A DNA stretch of 64,000 nt from an uncultured Planctomycetota bacterium (GTDB lineage: Bacteria; Planctomycetota; Planctomycetia; Isosphaerales; Isosphaeraceae). This document shows, in pieces, positions 41,660-51,227 of the stretch. Within the stretch, counting starts at the first letter, position 1, and each line of letters starts with the position of its first letter. Position numbers and translations under genes: made by a program. The notes under the pieces are model-generated. The model did not search any database. It had not been told where the DNA came from and worked only from the letters and a program-made list of their open reading frames with translations. The DNA is taken from positions 13,304 to 77,303 of the forward strand of contig CAWFIC010000012.1 of NCBI GenBank assembly GCA_963815795.1, given 5' to 3'.

Positions 41660-41926
41660 GAAAGATGATCACGTCCGTCGGGCTGTCCAGCCCGACTCGG
41701 ATCGGATCGGACGGAGTCGGGCTGGACAGCCCGACCGACTTTCTTGCCGGGGTCGTACTACCCGGCAAGGAAGATGATCACGTAGGTCGGGTTTTCTGCC
41801 CGTAATCACAATCCGTCGCTGCCGCGAATTGTTGCTTGCTATCAAGATTGCTACCATAAATTACATGCGGGACTCGCGGTGCTCTGACCTGATTACGAAC
41901 GGACTAGTCACGAGCCCGAGATCACG
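41660..41926 (-). promoter_or_regulatory. upstream/leader block of V4 with a direct-inverted-direct triplication of a ~32-nt leader segment
   Basis: cccggcaagaaagatgatcacgtccgtcgggct (41652-41684). Its inverted copy ends at 41751. A second direct copy is cccggcaaggaagatgatcacgtaggtcgggtt (41761-41793). A perfect 19-bp inverted repeat pairs 41680-41698 with 41714-41732. Confidence 0.6.
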
Positions 41927-42055
41927 CCGGGCCGACCGGCCCGATCGCATCGCCCAGAACCGGCCGGTCCGAGATCGACCGAGAGCGCGACCGCTTTCCG
42001 TTCCTCGTTCGGCCCGTCGGGCCGCTCTCCGCCGGGTTGCCGGCGGGCCGGCCGG
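41927..42055. repeat. R-element copy (long form)
   Basis: ccgggccgaccggcccgatcgcatcgcccagaaccggccggtccgagatcgaccgagag...ttcctcgttcggcccgtcgggccgctctccgccggg. The extension is shared with the copy at 45045-45165. Confidence 0.8.
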
Positions 42056-42313
42056 GACGGCCCGCGGCCGACCGGGCCAGGCGACCGTCGCGGTGGGGTG
42101 CGGGTCTGGGCCGTCCGTTGGTCGGTCGGGCGTCCCGGCGGGGAGGGCGCGGGGCTGTCATCCGGCGCCGGCCCACGGTGGACGCCACCGGATCTCTGCA
42201 AACGAATGGGCGGGCGGCGGGTGGGTGCCGGCCGCTGATTGATGCGTGGCGCCATCGATGCTCGCCTGGCTTCTGCTCCGGGCGGCTCGACCGCCCCGAA
42301 TCCGATGCCGAGG

Positions 42314-42378
42314 CCCATACTCCCCACTTCTCCCCATCACATTTTCGTGGGGTCTATGGGGACCATGGGGAGTATGGG
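42314..42378. repeat. 65-nt hairpin with 9-nt periodic arms (family member A)
   Basis: cccatactcccca...tggggagtatggg (13-bp perfect clamp). The 3' arm is TGGGGNNNA repeated (tggggtcta/tggggacca/tggggagta). Confidence 0.85.
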
Positions 42379-42626
42379 ACCGGAACGACCCCTCAGGCAT
42401 CGGGCGCCGACCGGAGGTCGCTTCGCTCCCGGTCGGCATGGGGCCGTCGGGCCCCGGGGCCGGACCGGCGCCGATCCACCGACCCCGAGGCGGCGATCTC
42501 GTCCGTCGGGGAGACGGGATGATCTCCGACCTGAGAACGCTCGGGGCCTCATGGACGTTTCATTGTGATTTGTCGGACCGGGGCCGGTTGATTGTTTCGC
42601 TCCGTCGCCCGCTGCCCGCCGGACTG

Positions 42627-42712
42627 CCGGCCGACCGGCCCGACCGCATCGCCCGGAACGGGCCGGTCCAAGATCGGCCGGGAGGGAGACCGCAGTCCGT
42701 TCCTCGTTTCGC
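42627..42712. repeat. R-element copy
   Basis: ccggccgaccggcccgaccgcatcgcccggaacgggccggtccaagatcggccgggagggagaccgcagtccgttcctcgtttcgcc. Confidence 0.8.
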
Positions 42713-43039
42713 CATGAGGCCCGATCCCTGGCCGCCTCCCGTCAGACTCGTCCTGATCGCTCATCCAGTCCGGCCGCGGTCGCACCCCGGCGGCCCGACG
42801 CCCGCGGTCCGGTCGGGCCAGGGTCGCCCGACCCCGGCCCGCGCCCGACCGACGGTCTGGCCCGGCGCCGTCGGTGGCTCTTCGTATCACGAGATACGCC
42901 GCCCGACCGAGGTGCCCGCGGACCCATACCGGCCGGACGGCGGATGACCGGCCGGCGCGAATAGGCGGGAGAGGCCCGCGAATCGTGAACGCGGGCGCTA
43001 CAGCGAGTTTTCGATGTCCGATCCGTTCCCGTCTCGCGA

Positions 43040-43336
43040 TCAGGCTCGCGACTGCCAGCGCTTCGGGTCACGCTTGCCGTGGTGAACGGCGACCACCGCG
43101 ATCCGCTCGGGTTCGACGCGGTAGTAGACGGCATAGGGGAAACGACGGACCAACGCGCGGCGAACCTCGCGGTAGACGACCGCGTGGAGTTCGGGGTTGA
43201 ACTGGATGCGATCGAGCGTGGCTCGGACCGCGGCGAGGAAGCCCTCACCCAGTCCTCGGCGCTGCCGTTCATACCAGTGATAGGCCTCGTCCACCTCGGC
43301 TTCGACCTCCAGCTCGAAGACGATGGGGAGGCTCAT
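43040..43336 (-). CDS. parE: ParE/RelE-superfamily toxin
   Basis: MSLPIVFELEVEAEVDEAYHWYERQRRGLGEGFLAAVRATLDRIQFNPELHAVVYREVRRALVRRFPYAVYYRVEPERIAVVAVHHGKRDP. Confidence 0.8.
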   Translation of the reverse strand: MSLPIVFELEVEAEVDEAYHWYERQRRGLGEGFLAAVRATLDRIQFNPELHAVVYREVRRALVRRFPYAVYYRVEPERIAVVAVHHGKRDPKRWQSRA

Positions 43337-43557
43337 CGGGGTCGCCTCACGCGCTCCGTGATGGCTTCCCAGGTCGTCACGTTCTGGGGATTCGCGTCGA
43401 GCGACGCCAGCCGACGGTCGAGCTTGGCTTTCAACTCATCGGTCAGCTCCGGCTCGTAACCCTCGTCGGCGAGCTGGTCCCAGATCTCCTCCATGAGCCG
43501 AAGGCGATCGTCGAGCGGCCAGGAACCCACCGCCGTCATCACCGTACTCAGATCCAT
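43333..43557 (-). CDS. addiction-module antitoxin component (TIGR02574-like, from memory)
   Basis: MDLSTVMTAVGSWPLDDRLRLMEEIWDQLADEGYEPELTDELKAKLDRRLASLDANPQNVTTWEAI. 4-nt overlap with the toxin gene. Start trimmed to the ATG at 43557. Confidence 0.75.
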   Translation of the reverse strand: MDLSTVMTAVGSWPLDDRLRLMEEIWDQLADEGYEPELTDELKAKLDRRLASLDANPQNVTTWEAITERVRRPR

Positions 43558-45044
43558 GGGCCACCTGTCAGCGTATTGGCCGGGAGCCAACGGCCCCATT
43601 CAGGAACAACCAGAATCCTCTCTATTCTAATCGCAGACATGCGCCGGGGCCATCCCGATCGCGCAGGCGCGCAGCGATGGCCCGAGCCCGGCCGCAGTCC
43701 TGGCCCGCGCTCGCCCGCCGACCGGCGGCGGCGTGGTGTCGGTCGGGTCGCGGCCGGCCCCGGCGGCGGTCCGGGATGGGACGGGACGGAATGGGAGGCA
43801 CAGCAAGTCCCCCCGGGGCAGGCCGGAACGGGCCGGAACGGGGACGGGGGGCCGGAACAGGGACAAGGGGCCGGAACGAGGACGTCCCTCAATCACCCTG
43901 CCGGTCGGGTCATCCGAGCGGTCTCGGCAGCGAAACCGGGGCCGGTTGATTCCTTCGCTCCGTCGCCCGGAACAGGCTGGGAATCACTTCCCGGCTCTCT
44001 GGAGAGGCCTGTTCCGGCAAGGTCTCCGGACCTCGCCCCTCTCCCGCAGCCGCCGTCAGGCGGCCCCATTCGCCCACTCCATCCGCAGGGCCAAGCGGGC
44101 ACTCAGGCAACCACCCCGCCCGACCCGAGATCCGAATTCGTTCGTCCCGACCCACCCTCTTTCACCAGGGCGACCTGGGCCATGGTCCGCCGAGAAATCT
44201 TACGCGCGCAAAATTTTATGCGAAATTTTTTCTCCTTACTGCCGAATAGGTTAAGACGAGGCGCACCCACAAAATCGGCGCATCGCGTTTATGATTTTGC
44301 AAAACCGCAGCATCCTGTTAATAGGGGACGTTGTGCGCCGTGTCGGTGGGCCGAAGTGGGTCGAGGCCGGCGGCGTCTCGTCCGAGCCGGCTGTTCGCGG
44401 CAGGGACGACCTGCCCGGCCCCAACTCCCGGACGTGGGGTCGGCCCTCACGGAGATCCCGAGGCGGGTCGGTCCCGTCCGGAAGGGACGCCGTCGGCCGC
44501 CGCGGCGCCGGGTCGTCCCGCCCGCACTCGGCGGGCCTCCCTGCCGGTCACCAGGAGGGATTTCGATCGCATTTTGTCAGGACAGGGCGCGGGCCATCGT
44601 GTGGGAACCGGAGACTCTGCCATCCAAAGCTTGGGGACGTCCTCGCCGCTATCGCCTGGATCCCACCGCCGTGGCGGCGAGGGAGCCCGGGTCATCGATC
44701 CGGAGGCGGGCCCGTCCGTCCGTCCCCCTCGGGACCGAATCCCCGGGCCGGCGGGAGGGATGGCGCGGGAGATGCGGGCGGCGGCCCCCGGGCACCTTCC
44801 CAGAATTGATGAGGAGGCGCCGTGAGGCGCCGAATCCCGGCCGCCGGCCGCCGATCCGGGCCGGGCCGGTTGGGCCTGGGGAATCGGCTGCGAATCCCGT
44901 CCCGGCGCCACGGAGCGACGTTCTGGCGAAGTCCGGCGAACGGACCGGCCGGCGGCGGGGTCGGGAGACCCGCGCCGTGCGCGACACCCCGAAATCGGGA
45001 AGTGATCCACCGCCCAATCCCCGCTGTCCGCCGGACCGCCAGCC

Positions 45045-45165
45045 AGCCGGATCACCCGCATCGCCCGGAACCGGCCGGTTCGGGATCGGCCGGGAGGGTA
45101 ACCGCGATCTGTTCCTCGTCTGGCCCGGCGGCCCGCTCTCCGCCGGGTCGCCGGTGGGCCGGACG
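45045..45165. repeat. R-element copy (long form), immediately 3' of the sigma-like gene
   Basis: ...cgcatcgcccggaaccggccggttcgggatcggccgggagggtaaccgcgatctgttcctcgtctggcccggcggcccgctctccgccggg. Confidence 0.75.
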
Positions 45166-45253
45166 GGCCGACTCGACCCGACTCGCACCGGGTCGGGCTG
45201 TCGCTCGGGGTCCGGATGCCGATCCTGCGATCGCGGGCTCCTCATACACCCTT

Positions 45254-46663
45254 TCAAGGGGCCGGCGCGGGACCGGCGCCGGCACGGGCCGGGCTTCCCA
45301 GGGCGTCCAGGCCGGCGAGGAGGAGGAGGCGGATCCGATCGTCGAGCCAGGGCTGCCCGAGGAACCATCGGACGTTGCCGGCGAGCGATTCCGGGCTGAT
45401 CGTGTGGATGCCGACGTCGCACCGGACGACGCCCAGCACGCTCGTGATCGTATACAAGAGCTGCGAGATGACCTTCGGGACGGCGTGGTCGCCCCGGTGG
45501 CGGAGTTGCTTGGCCAGCAACTTCAGCCGCGCCAGCAGGCCGACGAGATCGACCTGGGCCATCGCCGCGCGCTCGGCCGCTGTCGGGTCGATGAGCGTCA
45601 GGAGGCAGGCCGGCCGGGAGGGGCGCGAGGGAGCATGGCGGCCGCCGGAATGGGCCCGCGAACCGGCCTGGGGCACGGATAGCAAGGGGCTCGACGGCGG
45701 GATGTATCGCATCAATTCGGCCGCGTCGATCAGCTCGGTCAGCGGCCGTTCCAGGTAGAATCCCAGCAGGATGCTCAACTCGTCGTCCTCGGCCGCCGCC
45801 GCCGGCTCCTGGTAGGTGCGCGCCGGGCCGCCGCCGCGGCGCGGATCGACGACCAGCGCCGTCGATGCCGCGTGGCTCATCCCCGCGTCGAGATAAGGCA
45901 TGACGCGGTAGGCCACGTGCAGGAGATCGAACTGCGAGGCGTGCGATTCGCGGAGGATCGCCATCCATTCCTCGAACCGCTCGCCCGGCCGGGCCTCGCC
46001 GCGAAGGCCGCGCGGGATCAGCTCCTCGACGAAGCGGCGGAACGCCCGCTTGGCGGTCACGAGCGCGTTGTCGAGGCGCTGAGCGTCGAACTCCGGGAAG
46101 GCTCGCAGCAGCTCGGCGCGGGACCGCCCGCGACGGCCGCGGAACTCATCGGCCAGGAATGTCTCCTCGAAGAAGACCCAGTAATGCGGCTTGCCGCTCC
46201 GCTCGCAATGCCGTCGCAGCGCCTGGATCGCCTGGTGGAGCACGTCAAGTGCGTAGACGGCGTCGGGGTCGAGGGTCCGCTCCGGATCGGCCACGAACGT
46301 CAGGGCCGCGTCGAGATCCAGGCCGCGAGCCCTCGCGCCAGAGCCGGTCGCGCGGTGGAAGTCCCGGACGTGGTTCTGGATCGAGCGGTAGAGGTAGGTG
46401 CGGAAGCGGGCCCTCCGCCCCTCCTCCTCCTGTCTCCGCCGGAAGGCCCGGAAGCTCGCCAGGAAATCCCGCTCGGCCGTCTTCAGGAGGAACGAATGCG
46501 CCAGGTCCTCGAGTTCTCCCTCGGGGACCCGCAGCAAGCGGAACGCCCGGATGATCGGCTCGTAGTAGGCCAGGGAGAAGGCTTGCCAATCGGCCAGGTC
46601 GCCGTCTCGGGTCATCTCGTCGTCGGGCACGAACGGGTCCATCGGCTCACTCTCCCTCGCCAT
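45254..46663 (-). CDS. ECF-like sigma-70-family protein with a ~270-aa C-terminal extension (469 aa)
   Basis: Region-2-like DWQAFSLAYYEPIIRAFRLLRVPEGELEDLAHSFLLK...FRTYLYRSIQNHVRDFHR. Possible region-4-like ...RSRAELLRAFPEFDAQRLDNALVTAKRAFRRFV. The extension has no recognised domain. Confidence 0.65.
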   Translation of the reverse strand: MARESEPMDPFVPDDEMTRDGDLADWQAFSLAYYEPIIRAFRLLRVPEGELEDLAHSFLLKTAERDFLASFRAFRRRQEEEGRRARFRTYLYRSIQNHVRDFHRATGSGARARGLDLDAALTFVADPERTLDPDAVYALDVLHQAIQALRRHCERSGKPHYWVFFEETFLADEFRGRRGRSRAELLRAFPEFDAQRLDNALVTAKRAFRRFVEELIPRGLRGEARPGERFEEWMAILRESHASQFDLLHVAYRVMPYLDAGMSHAASTALVVDPRRGGGPARTYQEPAAAAEDDELSILLGFYLERPLTELIDAAELMRYIPPSSPLLSVPQAGSRAHSGGRHAPSRPSRPACLLTLIDPTAAERAAMAQVDLVGLLARLKLLAKQLRHRGDHAVPKVISQLLYTITSVLGVVRCDVGIHTISPESLAGNVRWFLGQPWLDDRIRLLLLAGLDALGSPARAGAGPAPAP

Positions 46664-46873
46664 CTACCCGGGCTTCGCGCGTTTCCCGCCTTCGTGCCGC
46701 CGTCGTCCCCTCCCTGAATAGACGTGCCGATCGCGCCCGACTTGCGCCGGTCCAACACATTTTTATCCCGACCGGCAGGCCGCGGGCAAGGATGCAGCAG
46801 CCGGCCGGCATCCGTCCAGAGTTGCGAGACCTCTCGCCCAACACCACCGGGCTCGGGCCCGGCTTGGGCGGAT

Positions 46874-47078
46874 CCTTGCCCCGAAGGGGCCGAAACAGGA
46901 AAGCCCGGGGCGACGCCCCGGGTCTCGGTCGCCCAACCCGAGCCGAGCCCTGGAAGGGCGACACATGACTGGCCTGGGAACCGTTCCTTGTGCCGCCCTT
47001 TCAGGGCTCCTTCCGGGAGGGTGGCTCGGTTCCCCGGGGCGTGGCCCCGGGCTGGTTTGTTTTGCCCCCTCGGGGCAA
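46874..47078. repeat. inverted pair of ~90-nt repeat units (23-nt spacer)
   Basis: 46874-46965 and 46989-47078 are about 75% reverse-complementary by hand alignment. Both contain ccccggggcg(t/a)(g/c)gccccggg. Translated, they give the PFQGS...PRG(V/A)(A/S)PG...P(L/P)RGK peptide pattern seen as repeat-derived pseudo-ORFs. Confidence 0.7.
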
Positions 47079-47448
47079 ATCGTGGTGGCGTCCAGCGAGG
47101 AGTCTCAGAATTCCCCGGTCCCCGCGCAAGGACGATCCACCCGCGCCGTTAGTCCTCACGAACGCCGGCCGTCGAGGAGGTCGAGGACCTCCGAGGCTCG
47201 GCGATCCGGGGCCCGATCCTCGCTGGGCCGCTCTGGTGTTCCCCCTCGGGGAGGAGCGGTCCGGGACGGGACTCCGACCATGCCGGTGACCGACCGCTAC
47301 GGTCGGGATTTCGTCGGGACGGCGGGCGACCGGCACCGATGGCGACGGCGCGAGACCCCGGGATCGCGGCCCAGACCGGCCGCCCCGGTGTCGCCGATCG
47401 CCGTGCGCCCGGGGCCGTCCCGAGGCACCGAACTCGAGGAGACGCGCG

Positions 47449-47802
47449 ATGAACTCCCCACGCGAATCGGTGGGCGCGGCGACCGTCCGGATCCTGTCGC
47501 GAATGATCAAGCGGCCGCCGGCGGCGAAGCCGCGGCGGTTCCGCCCCCTGGCCGAGCCCATGGAGGCCCGTGCCATGCTCAGCCATGTCGGCCTCACCCG
47601 GGCGATGATCGACCCGATCGCCATCGGCCGTGGTCCGTCGGCCATCGTCGGTGGCCGGCAGCCCTCCTCCGGCGCCACATCGATGGAAGCCGCGCGTGAT
47701 CTCGGCCCCGGCACGGCGGCCCCGTCCGGCCCCGGGACCATGGATGCGGTCGAGGTCAACGGCCAGGTCGAGATACAGCCCGACGCGATCGTGCTGACCT
47801 GA
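47449..47802 (+). CDS. possible small secreted protein (117 aa)
   Basis: The N-terminus ...[19 protein letters not shown] resembles the R-rich LExLExRxLL motif of the V proteins. There is no other support. Confidence 0.35.
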   Translation: MNSPRESVGAATVRILSRMIKRPPAAKPRRFRPLAEPMEARAMLSHVGLTRAMIDPIAIGRGPSAIVGGRQPSSGATSMEAARDLGPGTAAPSGPGTMDAVEVNGQVEIQPDAIVLT

Positions 47803-47852
47803 CTATCCGCGCGGAGAAGCACGGGTTAGAATCCGGCCTGGGCCATCACGTC

Positions 47853-50711
47853 GTGAATGGTCGCAGGGGCGCGATGATCAACGAGCCCAGACCGGATCGT
47901 CGAGGGGACACCGACGACGCTCCCGGGGGCGAATCGCTCGCGGGATGCGCCGACGGCTCGGCCGCGGCCCGAACCCTCGAGGGAGGCCCGATCGAGGACC
48001 CGGTCTTCTCGACCATGAGCTTCGAGGGGCCCGTCGGGCCGCCGGTCGCCGCGGAAGGGCCCGGGTCGGTCGTCGGCCCTTACAAGCTGCTCCGGCGCAT
48101 CGGCGAGGGGGGGATGGGCGTCGTCTACCTGGCCGAACAGACGAGCCCGATCCGCCGCGAAGTCGCCGTGAAGATCATCAAGCCGGGGATGGACTCGGGC
48201 CAGGTGATCGCCCGCTTCGAGGCCGAGCGCCAGGCGCTGGCGATGATGGACCACCCCAACATCGCCAAGGTGCTCGACGCCGGCGTATCCCCCCCCTACG
48301 AAGGGGGGGCCGGGGGGGGTTTGGGCAGCGGCCGCCCCTACTTCGTCATGGAGCTGGTCAAGGGCGTGCCGATCACGCAGTTCTGCGACGAGGCACGGCT
48401 GGCACCGCGCGAGCGGATCGAGCTGCTCGTCGCCGTCTGCCAGGCGATCCAGCATGCGCATCAGAAGGGGATCATCCACCGCGACATCAAGCCGTCCAAC
48501 GTGCTGGTCTCGCTCTACGACGGCCGGCCGGTGCCGAAGGTGATCGACTTCGGCCTGGCCAAGGCGACGGACCAGCGGCTGACCGAGCGGACCCTCTTCA
48601 CCCGGTACGGGGCGATCGTCGGGACACTGGAATACATGAGCCCCGAGCAGGCCGAGAACAGCGACGTGGACGTCGACACGCGGACCGACATCTACGCGCT
48701 GGGCGTGCTGCTCTACGAGCTGCTGACCGGGACGACGCCCCTGGAGCGGCTCGGGTTCCTCGAGGCGGGATACTCCGAGATCCTCCGCCGCATCCGCGAG
48801 GAGGAGCCGCCGCGGCCGAGTGACCGGATCTCCAGGTCGGAGCAGGTCGCCGCGATCGCGGCGCCGCGCGGGATGGAGCCGGCGCGGCTGGCGCGGCTGG
48901 TCAGTGGCGAGCTCGACTGGATCGCGATGAAGGCGCTGGAGAAGGACCGCACCCGCCGGTACGCGACGGCCAACGACCTGGCCCGCGACCTGGATCGCTA
49001 TCTCCGCGGCGAGCCGGTCGAGGCCGGCCCGCCCTCGGCCGGATACCGGCTGCGGAAGTACGCCGGCCGGCACCGCGCGGCGCTGGCGACGTTGGCGGCC
49101 TTCGCGGTGGTCCTGGTGGCCGCGACGGCGATCAGCGCCTGGCAGGCCATCCGCGCCACCCGGGCCGAGGGGCTAGCCAAGGGGAACCTCGCCAAGGCCC
49201 AGGAACAAGAGGCCAACGCCACGCGGTCGGCGGCCCAGGCCAGCGAGAACCTCGCCAAGGCCCGGGAACAAGAAGCCAATGCCAAGCGGTCGGAGGCCGA
49301 GGCCAAGGTGACGTACGGCTTCTTCCGCGACAAGGTTCTGGCCGCGCCCCGGCCCGAGGGCCGCGAGAATGGGCAGGGCGAGGACGTGACCCTCCGGGAG
49401 GCGATCGATGCGGCCGAGCCGAGCATCGCCGCCGATTTCGCCGGCCAGCCCAAGGTCGAGGCGGACATCCGCGACACGCTCGGCACGAGCTATCTCTTCG
49501 TCGGCAAGGCGGGGGCCGCGATCCGCCAGCTCGAGCGGGCCAGGACGCTCCGCGAAGCCGTGCTGGGCGCGGACCATGAAGACACCCTCGGTTCGATGGA
49601 CACACTCGCCTTGGCCTATCAGGCCGCGGGCCGATACACCGATGCGGTCGCCTTGCACCGGCGCGCCTGCGAGGCCTCCCTCGCGAAGCTGGGCCCCGAG
49701 CATCCCGGCACGCTCCGGATCATGAGCAACCTGGCCACGGCCTACGGGCACGCCGGCCGGCCCGCCGAGGCGGTCCCGCTGGCCGAGCTCGTGTTCGCCG
49801 TCCGCAAGGCGAAGCTCGGCCCCGACCATCCCGAGACGCTGACGGCCCGCAACAATCTCGCCATCGCCTACCGGGCCGTCGGCCGGCACGATGAGGCCCT
49901 CCGGATCTGGGAATCGGTCGTCGAGCGGTCCCGGGCGATCCTCGGGCCGGAACACCCCGACACCCTGACCCGCACCAACAACCTCGCGACCGAGTATCTG
50001 AGGGCCGGTCGCGTCGCCGAGGCCGTGCCGCGATTCGAGGAGGTCCTGCGGATCCGCCGACGGAAACTCGACCCGCGCCATCCCGACACGCTGCTCTCGA
50101 TGAGCAACCTGGCCACAGCCTACGGGCACGCCGGCCGGATCGGCGATGCGATCGCGCTGTACGAGGAAATCCTGGCCGCGCGCAAGGCGAAGCTCGGCCC
50201 GGATCATCCCGACGTCGCCATGACCCTCGCCAGCCTGGCCCAGGCCTATCGCGAGGCCGGCCGCCTCGGCGACGCGATCCCGCTGCTCGAGCAGGCCGTC
50301 GCGCTGCGGAAGGCGAAGTTGCCCCCCGAGCACCCCTACACGATCGCCAGCCTCGGCCAGCTCGGATCCGCCTATCTGGACTTGAAACGGTTCGCCGACG
50401 CCGAGGTCACGCTCCGCGAATGCCTGGCGCTCCGCGACAAGAAGCAGCCCGACGAATGGCAACGGTTCCAGACGATGAGCCATCTCGGCGCCGCGCTGGC
50501 CGGTCAGAGGAAGTATGCCCAAGCCGAGCGGCCGCTGATCGACGGCTTCGATGGCCTGCTGGCCCGCGAGAAGAAGGTCCCGCCTCGCCTGAAGGGCGAG
50601 GTGGCCGCCGCCGGCGCACGGATCCCTCCCTTCTACGAAGCCTGGGGCCAGCCCGCGGCGGCCGCGAGGTGGCGCGAGCGGCTGGCCCCCATCGCGGATA
50701 AGACGCCCTAG
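47853..50711 (+). CDS. Ser/Thr protein kinase with TM segment, coiled coil and C-terminal TPR_12-type repeats (952 aa)
   Basis: [50 protein letters not shown] segment [23 protein letters not shown] duplicated [11 protein letters not shown](T/K)RS segment. Many ...HP(D/E)TL....NLA.AY...GR..EA repeats. Confidence 0.9.
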   Translation: MNGRRGAMINEPRPDRRGDTDDAPGGESLAGCADGSAAARTLEGGPIEDPVFSTMSFEGPVGPPVAAEGPGSVVGPYKLLRRIGEGGMGVVYLAEQTSPIRREVAVKIIKPGMDSGQVIARFEAERQALAMMDHPNIAKVLDAGVSPPYEGGAGGGLGSGRPYFVMELVKGVPITQFCDEARLAPRERIELLVAVCQAIQHAHQKGIIHRDIKPSNVLVSLYDGRPVPKVIDFGLAKATDQRLTERTLFTRYGAIVGTLEYMSPEQAENSDVDVDTRTDIYALGVLLYELLTGTTPLERLGFLEAGYSEILRRIREEEPPRPSDRISRSEQVAAIAAPRGMEPARLARLVSGELDWIAMKALEKDRTRRYATANDLARDLDRYLRGEPVEAGPPSAGYRLRKYAGRHRAALATLAAFAVVLVAATAISAWQAIRATRAEGLAKGNLAKAQEQEANATRSAAQASENLAKAREQEANAKRSEAEAKVTYGFFRDKVLAAPRPEGRENGQGEDVTLREAIDAAEPSIAADFAGQPKVEADIRDTLGTSYLFVGKAGAAIRQLERARTLREAVLGADHEDTLGSMDTLALAYQAAGRYTDAVALHRRACEASLAKLGPEHPGTLRIMSNLATAYGHAGRPAEAVPLAELVFAVRKAKLGPDHPETLTARNNLAIAYRAVGRHDEALRIWESVVERSRAILGPEHPDTLTRTNNLATEYLRAGRVAEAVPRFEEVLRIRRRKLDPRHPDTLLSMSNLATAYGHAGRIGDAIALYEEILAARKAKLGPDHPDVAMTLASLAQAYREAGRLGDAIPLLEQAVALRKAKLPPEHPYTIASLGQLGSAYLDLKRFADAEVTLRECLALRDKKQPDEWQRFQTMSHLGAALAGQRKYAQAERPLIDGFDGLLAREKKVPPRLKGEVAAAGARIPPFYEAWGQPAAAARWRERLAPIADKTP

Positions 50712-50870
50712 GCCATACCTCACGGGGCGTCTACGTCCCGACCGACTATGCCAGGCGGATCTGGGAGGGCAGTTGGATATCCCGGGACACTCACATTCAA
50801 ATCTGCGTGCGTAACCCCGCGAACATCCTGAGGACCTGGATCCATCATCCCACCGGCCTCGAGGTGAACG

Positions 50871-51056
50871 ATGTCTGCGAAGCGCTACAAGCTGGCATTG
50901 CCGGCATCGACCGAACGAATCCGCCAGGCGAGGATCTATCTCGAGAAGATGTCGCAGGAGGAGCAGATTGACCTCATGGTCAAGGCCAAGGTCATGACGA
51001 TCGAGCAGGCCGCGCGAGCCAAGAAGAAGCTGGCCGAGGCCAAAGTCATCAAGTAG
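50871..51056 (+). CDS. small Lys/Glu-rich hypothetical protein (61 aa)
   Basis: ORF with gaggtg 6 nt upstream. Its composition is clearly lower in GC than the flanking kinase. No family recognised. Confidence 0.4.
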   Translation: MSAKRYKLALPASTERIRQARIYLEKMSQEEQIDLMVKAKVMTIEQAARAKKKLAEAKVIK

Positions 51057-51227
51057 GGAGGTCGGCCGGCCGTCCCGCTCGACCGATCGGAACGGGGTCG
51101 GGAGCCGGGATACGTCATTGGGTCCCGACGCCATTGATTTCCCCGGCCGGCGGACCGAGCCGAACGGGCGACCGACGTCGGCCGGGTCGGGACCGCCAGA
51201 ACTCGCTGCGTCCCCGTTCCGGTCCCC

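Noticed and set aside
32760-45165. A CRISPR array, suggested by the recurring R-element and other short repeats.
   Set aside because: The copies are irregularly spaced (hundreds to thousands of nt apart), differ in length and are imperfect. There is no repeat-spacer periodicity and no cas genes.
43576-45968. The 607-aa (+) and 439-aa (-) ORFs in the gene-poor tract, considered as real genes.
   Set aside because: Both translate to Pro/Arg/Gly-rich strings, run through repeat elements in inconsistent frames, and have no recognisable domain. They are treated as non-coding pending evidence.
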